Notes: generated by a model from the sequence alone, not told the origin. Positions 23,090-35,147 are shown, numbered from the whole stretch's first letter. The stretch: 60,910 nucleotides of DNA, filler included, from 14 parts of 14 records of this genome joined end to end with filler, not necessarily neighbours in it; one strand, 5' to 3'. Translations and numbers: made by a program.

Positions 23090-26000
23090 TGGGTGGAGTT
23101 CCTGTCCAGCAAGCGCTTGCTGCGAACCAGGCGAGCCGGAGTAACGACACAGCGTTACGACCACGGTTCTCTGCAGATTGACGGCGATCAGCTTTATGGG
23201 GCAACCGCATGCGAACTAGAAGTCGGTAATCGGTTCATTGGTCTTCTGCCAGAGGCCGAGTGGACCTCCCGCTGTCCCTACTTTACGGGAGACACAATTA
23301 CAGCGCAGAAACAAGTGCTGAACGAGCTTGAACATCAGTACCGCAATCCATCGAAACGAGTGCAGCGCTACTGGGAACCGAACGACCGATTGCTCATGCT
23401 GACCGCCCCGGCCCGGATGGCAACCGGCCTCCAATCGAGTGATTCAAGACAATTCAGCTTTGCCATTGGGCTGCTAAATCTGGCCGTGAGGGGAATGGAT
23501 TTGGAAACAGTTGTGTCCTGCGATAGCATTGACACTGCGTCGAAGAAACTCTGGTACTTTGGACAGCTTGTGGGCCAGCATGCAGCGCTGCTTGAGTGCC
23601 ACTCAGAGGCAGTGCTGATCCCTGCAGCGCGTTCGCTGAATAAGCTGCTGGAACGCCACATTCCATGCACCAGTTGCTATGCACGCCTGGCTTCTAACTT
23701 GGCGCCGCGAGTGCTCCCTTGCCTACCAAAGTTGTCTGAGCTCCTGCTCTGCGCCAACGACACAGTGTGCCACTTGGGGTGCACTATTTGTGAATCTATC
23801 ATTCACATGTGGTCAGTCACGAAAGAATTCGATATCCACACGGAAGACGATCATGTGATCGGCGGGGTTAGGGTTGATGCAGCACTTGATCAAATTGAGG
23901 CCAGCATCAAGCAGCTCATTCCAATATTCAATATGCTGCTTGGTCACCAGAATGTTCGCATAAGGCAGATTGCTGTTGCTGTCCTGGCGTCGATTCTGGC
24001 CACAGAACACCTGCCTTTTGTCCAGCTGGTGCTCAAACCAGGGGTAATCATGAACATTGCACGCCTGGCAGGAACCTTGCCTGATGATTATGATTCGAAT
24101 GGAGTTCTAGTGACTGAGGGACAATCCTGGAGGGAATTGCCGTGGCTGGGCTGCATCAACACAGCTTGCAAGTGGAGCGAGCAGCTGCCAGCCCCGGTCC
24201 AAAGGGAGATTCTCGAAGCTGCTTATCAGCTCAGACATCTAGAGGAGGATATCGCCGAACAGTCCTTTGATTATCCTGTAGCCAGGCCTTACCTAGGCTC
24301 GTGGGAAGTAGGTACTCGTTTCGTGCTCTGGGGCCGTCTAAGTCTCCCTGGCACTTATTCCAGCATTCGCTGGAATTTGCTCGCCTGGCTGATTCCATCC
24401 GTTTATGCTTGGTTGAGCCTGCAGCCACTGCGAGAGGCTGTGGCGACCTCTCCGTTTCTATCCTGGTCCGTCTTTCTGATTTCAATGGGTGGACATTTGT
24501 TTCTGCTTCTGTTCGTCAATTCTCCCCACACGTGCCACCTGCGTCATGATGACTTTCTGGAGGATGGCAACCTCGGATCTTCCGACGGTACTATCTGGGC
24601 AGGCTTATCATACATTGTGCGCGTTGTCTACCCGGCTCCTTTCATCTCTTCCGTCAATCTCGAGTGAGTTAATCCAAATCCTGCATTGCTGACTGATCTG
24701 CGCCTCAGGCTCGAGCGATCTGACGCCTGGTGTAATCATTTCGAAGTGCAACTAGCAGCACGAAACGAGACATATTTTTTCAAGGCCGGACACAGTGAAA
24801 TCCCGCACAAGGATTTGGCCAGCTTTGACGGTGGATGTGACCAGTGGCGCTCTCATGAACCGCCTTCAAACCCTTGCTCGGGCGACTTTGACCCAGGCAA
24901 TCCACCAACACTATACGGTGTGATATGGGCCGCGTGCCTTGCCTACTGTGTCTACAGTCTCCTTTATTCCATCTTATGGCCTGCACCAGATGCCTGGAAG
25001 CTGCACTCCGGCAATAATTATCCAGCTATTGATAGCAGTTATGCGATTTCAGCTCTCAAGTATATACATTTATGGGACATAGGTCTCGAGTACCTCTCCC
25101 TCTCCCCGGCTCCCATACTTGTGCTGGAAGGGCTTTGCAATATCTGCCTGAGGTGGTGGACTAATGTCCCTCGCTTTGCGGTACACGTCGCAATATCTCT
25201 CATTTCTTGGTTGAACGCACTAGAGGGTTCGTATGCATTTGGTGGCTATCTTGCTATGGTGGTCTTCACCAAGGCGAGGCGGCAATGTACAGAAGAAGAC
25301 CAAGACATGAAGACCGCCGTGATGTGGGCTGTTGCCGGGTGGGCTATTGCCTGGTTGTTCGGGTTGGTGAATCTGCTAGTCTGCCTTGTGTTTTTCAACC
25401 TGTTGGTTCATCTGCGCGAGGAAGTGGGAGGCGACAACATGTTTTGGACATCATTATGGTTTATGCGGGATTATCCGCTGTTGGAACTGTCTGCTTTCCT
25501 AGACCAGTATACCTTCAAGACTAGGCAAGGCGAGTACATGTCATATCACGACCAGTGGCAATGGAGCCTCAAAATCCTCAAGAAGGAACACGCGATTGCT
25601 GTGGAATCTGGTCATGTATCCATGATTAAAGAATTGCAATGTCAGCTCGAGAGAGATGCAGCTTCCAACTTGAAGGAACAAGAAGAGAGAGACACAACAA
25701 GCCGAGAAGCAGTCAAACAAAACGCAGAGCGCGACGCTGCAGAGTTGCAAGCAACGCTTGACAGTATGTTTAGCAATAAGAAAAGCAAGAAGAACATCGC
25801 AGGGATTGACCGCGAACTTCGCAAGTGGAGCCTGCAGGTAGAGAAGAGGGCCTCAAGGAAAAATGGCCAGATTTACGCCAGTGCTCTCGGTGGGATCATC
25901 GCGCAAGGAAGAAGCAAGCTCGATGCACTAAACCAGGAGAGGGAAGCCCTACTACAGGAAAAGAAGGAGGCAGAGGCCTTGAAATTGGCCGCAGCTGCTG

Positions 26001-27289
26001 AGAGGGCAAAGCAAGAAGCGGCGAAGAGGGAAGCAGCAAAGGCAGAAAAGCGGGCAGCAGCTGCGGAGAGGGCAAAACAAGAGGCAGCAAAGAGGGAAGC
26101 AGAGAAAGCAGCTGCAGCTGTCGAAAAAGCAAATCGGCAAAAGGCCGAGCAAGAAGCAAAAGCAGCCAAGGCAGCGAGAAAAGCGGCAGCTGCAGAGAAG
26201 GCAAAGCAAGAGGCAGCTAGGAGGCAAGCTGAGAAGGCAGCTAAACGGAAGGCCGATGACAAGGCCGCCAAGGAGGCAGCCGCAGCAGCAAAGGTGAGGG
26301 AAGATGCTGCCATGGAGGAAGCAGAGGTGGCCAGGCAGGAAGCTGCCAGGAAGCAGACTGAAGCTATGGCAGAGGCAGCGAGGCAAGAGGCCGCCAAGCA
26401 AGATGCCATTGCCATCGCAGAGAGGACAAGGCGGGAAGTGATGGCAGAGAAAGCGCGGCATGTTGCTGCTGAAAAGGAAGCCCAGAGAGCTAGGCAAGCC
26501 GAAGCCAAGGCAGCAATGCGGGCGAGGCGGGAGGAGGACATGAAGCGTCAGGAGGCTGCAGAGGCAGCGCTTAGGACTAAAAAGGAGGCGGACGATCAGG
26601 CTGAAATAGAGGCAGCCGCCAGGCAGCATGAAGAGGCTGTGGCAGAGGCAGCAACGCGAGAGGCCGCCAAACGAGAGGCCGCCAAGCCTCAATGGCAGAG
26701 GCAGCGAGATGCAACACTCGAGGCCGAGACGAGGCAAGCTGCTGCAGCATCACAGGCTACGGAGAGAGCAAGGCATAATGCGGCTGAGGCTCAACGAGTA
26801 CAGGAGGACGCCGCAATTAGAGAAGCTATCCAGGCATCACTGCAATCAGAGAAAGAGAGACAAGAGGTCAAACACAGGAAGGCAGCACGTGTGCAGGAGC
26901 GCAACAAGGTCTCCAGGAGTGGTGGCACCGGTGGTGTCCAAAATGCAACACAATCGACAACCACAACCCCAGACTCGCTGGCAGAAGGGAGCAACCGTAG
27001 GCATGAAGAAAGTGCATCTCAGGGCAGCAAATCGGTCACCCGCAAAACAAGAAAGCAGGACGAATACCCGGCAGATTTTGAATGCCCTATCACGCTTGAC
27101 GTAATGCAAGATCCTGTGATGGCCGCTGATGGACACAGCTATGAAAGACAGGCCCTGGTAAATTGGTTTGCATCTGGTAACAACACAAGCCCAAAGACCA
27201 ATGTCGAAATGGAGTCTACGATCATGTTCCCCAATCATAATCTGCGCAATCTTATAGAAGAATGGCGCATTGAGCACACTCAGCAATAG
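23090..27289 (+). CDS. Large ARM-like/transmembrane/coiled-coil protein with C-terminal U-box; in-frame intron 24664-24708
   Basis: Two same-frame ORFs are joined by a 45-nt GTGAGT..GCTGAC..CAG intron containing the stop; U-box PADFECPITLDVMQDPVMAADGHSYER..SPKTN..PNHNLRNLIEEW. Confidence 0.85.
25985..26690 (+). repeat. Coding Ala/Glu/Lys-rich imperfect repeats (AAAERAKQEAAKREA)
   Basis: Near-identical units at about 25991, 26057 and 26186, then degenerate copies. Confidence 0.7.
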
Positions 27290-28212
27290 ATCGTTAATTT
27301 AGTACATACGTAGGTAGAAGCTCATCGACTCGTTCGTAGAATCATGACAATCATGAATGTTAATTACTTGTACATGTAATTAAAGACGTGTAAAATCAAT
27401 CGTACATTGACTTCAACTAGACTTCAACGAGTAAATGTAATTCATGTAATCCGACAGCTGAGATCCCACACCCGTCGGAAAGTTGGCATGACAGACCCAA
27501 GCACATTCCCCGGCTGGCCGTCCCTAGTTTGTGCTCGCTGCCAGTGCTCGCCCGCGTGGTGTACTCCGGAATCCGCTTCTCCCGGCGCTGTTTGCCGCGC
27601 CTGCGACCGTCTTGGCGCCCCCTGTGGGGGGCATATTTATCTTATTCTTCGTTCAATGTAGAGTTCGATGTAGGGGGCACGTTAGGGGCACGTGAGCATT
27701 AGACGCCTCAGTCTTATACTGACTGATAGCTCTACTACCGTTGTACATCGATCTCCCCAACGCACGGCGCCTTGTTAGTTGTCCGACCGCGGCGGGCAGG
27801 CAGTAGGCAGGCAGAGATTGATCATGCCGTGATCGACTACATGTACGCGCGCAAGTAGTCGTCCGTCCGGACAGTTTGAAGCGCCGGCGACCCAGCGGCC
27901 GTGTCCCGTAGGGCCGTGTCCCGAACTCCCGTACAGCGCCCAACAGGGCGAATCGTTAGCAACAGGGCCGAAAACGACGAGGCATTCCTTTGTCCCGCCG
28001 GTCGCCAGCAGGTGCCTCTTACCACTCCTTGCAACTACTGCAGTGTCCCGACGAGACATTGCATTACGGCCGGTCTCGACCTCGACCGGCTCGTCCGTGG
28101 CCGCGTCCTCCGCTCTCTTGGACCAACTCATGAGTGGTTGGCGCGCTCGGCCACACACCAGGTTTCAGTTGTTGGGATTCTATATTGCAGCTCGGCCACA
28201 CACCGGGTTTCA

Positions 28213-28365
28213 ATGGCTGACGCGGGGGCCGCTGGGTCGCCCGCCACGCCGACCATGGGTTGCACGGTCGGGGGGCTGGAGCTCGAGCTCAAGACACCAG
28301 CCGGCCCATCCGAACACGGAGCCACCGCGGTGAGCCGGCTCCGCGAGTGGTGCCGGCTGCAGCCC
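28213..28365 (+). CDS. Possible 5' start of a truncated gene
   Basis: ATG followed by GC-rich codons, open to the contig edge. Confidence 0.4.
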
Positions 28366-28647
28366 NNNNNNNNNNNNNNNNNNNNNNNNNNNNNNNNNNN
28401 NNNNNNNNNTTAATTAATTAANNNNNNNNNNNNNNNNNNNNNNNNNNNNNNNNNNNNNNNNNNNNGTCCGGAACGGGATGGCGACATTTTCCATCTTTTT
28501 ACGCCATCGTTATGTAATCGTTAATAAAGCTTCATAATTATGTAAGTCCGTTGTTAACTACGGCTGTTCTTTAAGCTTAGAAGCCAGCAAGTAAAATCAA
28601 GCAGACTTATAATCATAAGCAAGCTAAACGCGGAGCTCAAGCCATAC

Positions 28648-31449
28648 TCAGGCCACGAGCACATAGCTGGCGTCAGGCTTAGTGCTAAACTGCCAAAGCT
28701 TTCCGCGGTCAATATGAACAGCCGCCTCGACACGCACCGCCTCCGAAACCGGAACGGCGGTCGCACTAGCACTCTCGATCACGATTGGTCGGCCCGGCCG
28801 CAGCTCAAGCCAAACAAAGTCCTGTCCCTTCTCAGAGACCACTGTGATGTTGCCTATCCTCCCAGCCGCTGACATCTCTCCGGAGATCAGGAAAGCGCCT
28901 TCGGCTCTCAAATTGACAAACTGGGATCCGAGCCATGGCCGGATTGACATGTACTGGCTGTAGTAGTCCGACTTATTCGAACCGACCCTTGTGTAGCCCT
29001 GATCGCTGCCCCTCCAAGCGATACTCGAGCAGTCAGCGGAGAGAGAGCCTATCTCGGGCCCAACTGCCTTCCCATCGGCAGTGTGCCACACCATCGTGAC
29101 TTCGCTCTTGCCTGTGAGGTTGCCGGCCATGTCAAAGATACGCTGCGACGGGGACGACGAGCAACACCAGCCACGGACGCTGCCATTGGCGCTCTGCACG
29201 AGCTCGCCCTGTCCGATTGGCATGTCCCATTGGCCGGTGAACGAGCACGATGCTGGAGCTGGCTTGGGAGGCACCGGCGCGTCAGGGCTGGCTGAGGTGT
29301 GATAACCGTTGAACAACCGAATGAAACGCTCGTGGCTCTGCACAAACAGCTCGTTCACATACTGGACCATCGCGGGGCCGATCTGCGCATTGGTCATCAG
29401 ATTTGGCTGCAATGGAACGTAGCCCGGATTGTCGCGTGTGAACATCTCATACACTTCGCTGCCGTTGTAGCCCAGCCGGCCATATATAGTAAACATGATG
29501 CACGAGGTGTCTGCGCCGTTCGGCCAGCCTGCGCCGGTCCAGTTCAGATAGTCAACAAGGTTGCGTGCCATCCCGAATTCGGTCCGATTAGGCATGCTTT
29601 GAGAGAACAAAGACCCCGGATAGATCGGCTGCAACGCCGAAAGCATTTGCCTATCTCTAAGCGGGGGCAGGCCGGCGTTCTCAAAATCGGCGAGCACAGT
29701 CACGTTGCCCACACCGGGCTTGGGCCAGACTGCAGTCGGGAGCGGGGCCAGGTGGTGCAATATATCGGCCCAGGTCGGCCGCAGCGCTTGGTCGACTCCG
29801 AGCAGCTCGGAGGCAACGAGCATGAACTCAAAGTGCTGCCGGAGCATTCCAAGGCTGTTGGCCGGGTTGTCTTGCCGCTCAAAGTTGTTATCCGGCGCCT
29901 GTCCTTCGGTCTGCGGATAATCGTTGGCGCCGCATATCTCGTAGCAGCAATCATTCAAGTCGTTGTACACTCCGCTCTGCGGGTCCTTGGTTAGATAACA
30001 CGTCCAAAACTCGGCCACCTCCTTGAGGAACGGATACCCAACCGTCTTGAGCCAGGCGACGTCCCTTGTGTGCCTGAAAGAGAATATGAAGTTGACTGCA
30101 GCGAGCAGAGCGTTCGATCGAATCCCTTGGTCGCTCATGATCAGTATCGCCCCTCGCGCCCCAATCTCCACCGGCTGGAGTACGCCTGGGCACCCGAATG
30201 CCATTTGTGCGATCGACCGCCCGGCGGGGATGAAGTCCAGATTCAGCTGGTACATGGCCTCGGGCACAGCAAGGTGGTTGCTCGAAAACGCCCCAAAGTA
30301 GGGCGCCTGGGTGTTGATGTCGGTAGTGAAAGCCGGCCACGGATAGTCATTGCTCGTGTAATGATTCTTCCACAAGCCGGCTGGTGGCAAGTGCGCTGAG
30401 TAGTTGGAGCGCTCGGTGCAGCCCCATAGGTACCGGGCCCCGTAGTAGAACTCGGCCACCTTGGGGCTGCTCGGAATAGAGAGAGCGCTCTTGCTCCAGA
30501 AGCCATCCCACCAGTTGGCGTGCTGCTCCCTCAACTGCGCCATGTGCGCTGACCCGTCCCGCACCGCTTGCATCGATTGGGCCACTGCCTCGAGCGGGCT
30601 GCGGCTATAATTGAAATCCCGCGCCGTCCACAGTTGCGAGCTGAGCACCAGCCGACCGCCCGGGTCCAGCTCCACCACCCGCCAAGCCGCCGTCCCCCGC
30701 CTGCCGTCGTCGTCAGTCCCGTTTGCCACGTGCCGAAACAGGCCGTCGAATCGAGTCCCGACCGCCACCTGCTCTACCCGCTGAATCAGAGGGTGTCGAT
30801 CCAGCCGGCCCAGCCCACGCTTATCGTGGTAGCCCCGACCAAGCCGGCTCTCGGCATACAGCCAGCCGGGCCGCAGCCCGGCACGATTCAGCCGGCAAGC
30901 CATAGTGCTGCCCGTGTTGTGCATGTTGCTCGAGACATTGAGCCTGACTGGCTGCCCCCCTTCTAGAGACAGCTCGTGCACTATGAGATTCTGCGTGGCC
31001 AAAACCGTCGAGCGCGAGCGCAGCGCACCGCCGTTCGACAGCAGAGTTTCAGTCCGAACCTCCGCCGTCCGGATTAGCTGACTCGCGCCAAATCTGCCGG
31101 TGCGGTTGGCCAGAATCGCCACCGCCAGCCAGCCAACCCCCACGTGCCCAGCCTTACCCTCGTCGTACCCGCACACGGTCATTCCCGCGTCGCCCGCGGG
31201 CACGTGCAGCTGGGTCAGGTCGTAGTAGAACCTTAGCTCGCCGGACGGGGCCCCGACTACCAGCCCGGCGTCACCGTTGCCAGAGAACGGCCCGTCGGCC
31301 ACCGGCTGGGCGCTGCTGGTCGGCACGTTGGCCGGCGGTGCTTCCCAGCGCCCGACGATTTCTCGCGGCAGCCGCGACCACAGCGGCTCGACCGCTGTGC
31401 CGGAAGCCAGCAGCGCTGCCAGTACGCCCAAGCTGCGCAGGCTGCGCAT
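28648..31449 (-). CDS. Secreted GH95-like glycoside hydrolase, intronless
   Basis: Signal peptide MRSLRSLGVLAALLA; DGPFSGNGDAG, HANWWDGFWSKS, PPAGLW, TTDINTQAPY, YPFLKEVAEFW, NELFVQSHERFIRLF, NLRAEGAFLISG. Confidence 0.8.
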   Translation of the reverse strand: MRSLRSLGVLAALLASGTAVEPLWSRLPREIVGRWEAPPANVPTSSAQPVADGPFSGNGDAGLVVGAPSGELRFYYDLTQLHVPAGDAGMTVCGYDEGKAGHVGVGWLAVAILANRTGRFGASQLIRTAEVRTETLLSNGGALRSRSTVLATQNLIVHELSLEGGQPVRLNVSSNMHNTGSTMACRLNRAGLRPGWLYAESRLGRGYHDKRGLGRLDRHPLIQRVEQVAVGTRFDGLFRHVANGTDDDGRRGTAAWRVVELDPGGRLVLSSQLWTARDFNYSRSPLEAVAQSMQAVRDGSAHMAQLREQHANWWDGFWSKSALSIPSSPKVAEFYYGARYLWGCTERSNYSAHLPPAGLWKNHYTSNDYPWPAFTTDINTQAPYFGAFSSNHLAVPEAMYQLNLDFIPAGRSIAQMAFGCPGVLQPVEIGARGAILIMSDQGIRSNALLAAVNFIFSFRHTRDVAWLKTVGYPFLKEVAEFWTCYLTKDPQSGVYNDLNDCCYEICGANDYPQTEGQAPDNNFERQDNPANSLGMLRQHFEFMLVASELLGVDQALRPTWADILHHLAPLPTAVWPKPGVGNVTVLADFENAGLPPLRDRQMLSALQPIYPGSLFSQSMPNRTEFGMARNLVDYLNWTGAGWPNGADTSCIMFTIYGRLGYNGSEVYEMFTRDNPGYVPLQPNLMTNAQIGPAMVQYVNELFVQSHERFIRLFNGYHTSASPDAPVPPKPAPASCSFTGQWDMPIGQGELVQSANGSVRGWCCSSSPSQRIFDMAGNLTGKSEVTMVWHTADGKAVGPEIGSLSADCSSIAWRGSDQGYTRVGSNKSDYYSQYMSIRPWLGSQFVNLRAEGAFLISGEMSAAGRIGNITVVSEKGQDFVWLELRPGRPIVIESASATAVPVSEAVRVEAAVHIDRGKLWQFSTKPDASYVLVA

Positions 31450-31678
31450 TGGTGCACTGCAAATCATCAACAACGGACGGAGCCCGGCACCGGTGCGAAG
31501 AGGCGCGATGGAGGCATCAATGGTGCCGGGGGGTTAGCCGGGGTCGGCTTGTCGGGTGCNNNNNNNNNNNNNNNNNNNNNNNNNNNNNNNNNNNNNNNNN
31601 NNNTTAATTAATTAANNNNNNNNNNNNNNNNNNNNNNNNNNNNNNNNNNNNNNNNNNNNATCATTTATTATCCAAACG

Positions 31679-32461
31679 TTACCATATGCCATCTCTCGAG
31701 AGCCACTCGTCACCGTACTGGTTGGTGGCCACCATCCCTGTCCCGGTCGGGATCCACGGGAACCCGCACACCGACTTCTTCACGCTGCTCAGCGACTGGG
31801 TGCCCTTCGCCTCCTCAAACCTCCTATCAAACATCTCCTTCACTAGCATCGGGTCGGTCTCGGCCAGGTTCCGCGGTATCAGCGCGAATGCGTTTCGGAC
31901 CAGCCGGGCCAGGGCCTCTGTGGACCCGCCGAACACATCGATGAGCCGGTCGGTGACCTGCTTGGCGAGCTCGGGGTCCCTCTGCTGCCCAATCTCGCTC
32001 ACAATGGCCAACAGGTCCTGCTGGACGCAGCTGGCCATGTCCTTCTTGAGCTCCTTGACCAGGATCCGGCCCTCGCCCTTCTTGAACAGCCGCTTTGCTA
32101 GTTTGGGATTGAGCGGGTTGTTGCGCAGGTCCAGCTCCAGCAGCTGCTGCAGCCGTCCAACGGTCTCGGGCAGCCAACCGAGCTGATTAAACTGGAGGTC
32201 GAGCGACCGCAGCCGGGCCAGCTGCCCTATGCTCCTGGGGAGCTCCACCAGCGCGTTGTGCGAGAGCCAGAGCTCGCGCAGGTTGGCGAGGCTGCCGATC
32301 GCCTCGGGGAGCCCGGCCAGGCAGTTGTGCGAGAGGTCTAGCCGGGTGAGTGGGGCCACGGAGAAGCAGTACTGGGGTACCTGGGCCAGCCGCCGGTGCG
32401 AGAGGTTGAGCTCGCGCGTCCGGCTGGCTGCCTCGACCTCGCTTATTGGGTCGGAGGCCAT
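31679..32461 (-). CDS. Leucine-rich repeat protein
   Basis: Five LxxLxLxxNxLxxLPxxIG repeats. Confidence 0.9.
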   Translation of the reverse strand: MASDPISEVEAASRTRELNLSHRRLAQVPQYCFSVAPLTRLDLSHNCLAGLPEAIGSLANLRELWLSHNALVELPRSIGQLARLRSLDLQFNQLGWLPETVGRLQQLLELDLRNNPLNPKLAKRLFKKGEGRILVKELKKDMASCVQQDLLAIVSEIGQQRDPELAKQVTDRLIDVFGGSTEALARLVRNAFALIPRNLAETDPMLVKEMFDRRFEEAKGTQSLSSVKKSVCGFPWIPTGTGMVATNQYGDEWLSRDGIW

Positions 32462-32498
32462 CGCTTATTCCATAAATAGATCTAAAAATAAAATCAGG

Positions 32499-33800
32499 AT
32501 GCCGGCCTCTGGCAGACCGAGCAAGCGCCAGCTGGTCAACCCGTTCCAGTGGACCGCTGGTGCCCTCCGGCAGCTCGGGCCCGACCGCGGGGCCAGAGAC
32601 CCACTACGGCCGGTCGCAGCTGCGCGAGAACGCGCGTGTGCACCGGGACTTGGTGTTTCGGAACGTGCGGTCTGAGGTGGACTGCCGACTGGACGGCAGC
32701 AGCTACATCTCCAAGAACCGCCCGAGGAGCACCAAGTCGTGCGCCTGGAAGTTCTGGTCCCCGGGCCAGCCCAGGGCCCAGGCCGAGCCCGGGTGCAGGC
32801 AGTACAGAAGGGCCAACCAGAGCCGGCTGCGCCAGCCCCCGCCCGAGTTAGTGTTTCGTCGCGAGGTGTGTCGGGTGGCGGCGGGTGGGCTGACCGAGTC
32901 CAGACCGACGACATGGTGATGACCAAAATGCTGGAGAGCTGCACACCGGACGTGGATAACCAGATCGCAGGCCACGTGCTCGAATACCGTGAACATCGGC
33001 GCAAGCACCCGAACTTTGTGCCGAAGGTGCACGTTGTGGCCGAGGAGATCGCCGCGCGCGAGGCTCACAACCAGCTTATTGAGAGCGCTCAGCCATCGGT
33101 GGGCTGCGTGACTGGGCTGAGCTGAGCTGCAGGGCAGATTGATATGCAGATAGCCCCATGGTGCCTAGAGAGGTGCGAAACGCTAGCAGCCAGAAAGTTC
33201 ACCAAGACCGGCACACCGAAGAAGGTGGCTGCCGCTCGGGCGTGGGTTTATGTGCGATCGTGTTAGGACTTATTCAAAAAGAAAGTTAATCCGAGTGAGT
33301 TAGAACTCAAGTGCTGGGAGATACAGCGGCTTCAGTCTGCGCCTGATGAAGAGCTGTTGCCACCTAAGAGAGCCTCAAAGCGCAGGCCTAAGACAGCCGC
33401 GGAGTGCAGTACTGGAGAGAAGGACAGCTCTTGGTTCACCAGTCATGATGATCTCGTGAAGATGATAGAAGCACATAAAAATGGGCTGCATCAAGGGACA
33501 ACGCCACCCTCGAAATCGTTGCATGAGTCGATGAAAGTCTCATCCAACCAAACTGCTCGCACAGGTATGTCGGATGCTGAACTCAGACAGTTGAGAGAAG
33601 ACTTTAGGGCTATTGATACCGACAACTCAGGCTTTATAGACAAGGCCGAAATTGCCACCTTGCTAGCGAGTCAAAAGATGGATGGAGTGCCACTCACAGC
33701 CGAGGAAGTTGAGTCGACGTTACTTGTCTTTGATAAGAATCATGACAACAAGGTGTCACTTGACGAGTATATGGCAACACTAATAGAGGACCGGCATTAG
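32499..33800 (+). CDS. Multi-exon protein with C-terminal EF-hand pair; about 5 introns
   Basis: Hand splicing links ORFs 32560, 32739 and 33357; DTDNSGFIDKAEI and DKNHDNKVSLDEY. Confidence 0.7.
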
Positions 33801-33834
33801 ATACGTATAGACCACCATTCATTTGATAAATAAG

Positions 33835-35147
33835 TCATACAGGGTCGGGATTGCTGTCTTTGCCCTTGGAACTTCCTGCATCTCCGATAGTTTTGACACA
33901 ATAGCGTGGCCAATAATTGGCCTCTCCCAAAAGCCTCATGATTGGTGGCACAACAAGAATGCGCACAACAAACGTATCGAGCAGCACCGCCACAATGAGA
34001 AATAGCGAAAGTTGGTTGAGCACTGGTTGCGTGCTCGTGAGCATGCCAAAGAAAGCGATGGCCATGATGATTCCAGCTGCAGTTATGATATTACCGCTGC
34101 TCCCGAGCCCAGCGGCGATCGCTTCAGTGTTGCTCGCTCCTTGATCGCGGTACTCTATGACTCGGCTGAGCAAGAACACATCGTAATCGACGCTGAGGCC
34201 TACAATAATCTGGAACGAAAGCCCAGGCACTAAAAACATCAGCCCCGAGTCTTTGCTGCCCGCCCCCTTTTGCAAGGCACTAATACCCAGTCCGTCGAGC
34301 CACCCGTACTGATAGACAAAGGTACAAATCGCGAAGACATAGCACAGCGTCAAGGTGCCCGAGAAGACCGTTCGGATAGGGATCAGGATGGAGCGGAACG
34401 CCAACCCGAGGGAGACCAAGATCACAGTCACGGTCGCCGCGGCCACTAACGGGAACTGGCTGTTGATGGAGTCGATCACCTCGGCTATCCCGCAGGCATT
34501 CCCAGTGAGCGAGAGCTCCAGAGCTGGGTTCACATCCTCGAGCCGCTTGAGCTCATCACGCACATCGAACACCCATTGGCGGCCATTCGGGTCGAGTGGG
34601 TTGATCTGATGGAGGCTCACCGTCACCAGCACAGCAGTGTTGGCCGAATTAGTCGCACCGCCCAGCTGAGACCTGATGAACTCGCTATAATTGCCCACAA
34701 CTGGCTGCTGCCGACAGGCACTCTCGCTGTAGAGACAGGCGTCCACAATCTCGGCCGGCAAGAGGCTCGGTGTCCCGTCGTGCCAGCCAGTCACCACGGG
34801 GGTCATCAAGTCTCCAACAGCAGTGTGCTTAACATTGGCCACCAGCGATCCGAGGACCGACTGGATCGCCTGGTAATTGCTGGCTGGAGTCGTGATGTTG
34901 CCGCCTCCTTTGAAATGGATCATCAATAGAAACGGGTTGATACTTCCTTGCCCGAAATCGTCTTCGATTTGGTAGAACGTGGCAGTCGCCTCCACCCCTC
35001 GCGGGAGATCGAAGTTCATAGAGTCTGACGAATCGAAGTCGAGAGCATGCATGCCCATCGGCACGGCGACTCCTAGAGCAATCACCAGGGCCAGGCAGGC
35101 CAGCCCTGGATGCATCAATCTTGAGCCTAGCCGGTACCAGAAGCCCT
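33835..35147 (-). CDS. MMPL/RND-family transporter, C-terminal half
   Basis: FRSILIPIR, GLSVDYDVFLLSRVIE, IITAAGIIMAIAF, LLDTFVVRILVVPPIMRLLGEANYWP. Confidence 0.9.

Noticed and set aside
24665-24667. In-frame TGA as selenocysteine, readthrough or alternative genetic code
   Set aside because: It lies inside a canonical 45-nt GT-AG intron; TAA, TAG and TGA all terminate well-conserved genes in this window
27400-28140. Short ORFs downstream of the U-box gene (and 22620..22955)
   Set aside because: No recognisable motifs or consistent exon structure; left uncalled
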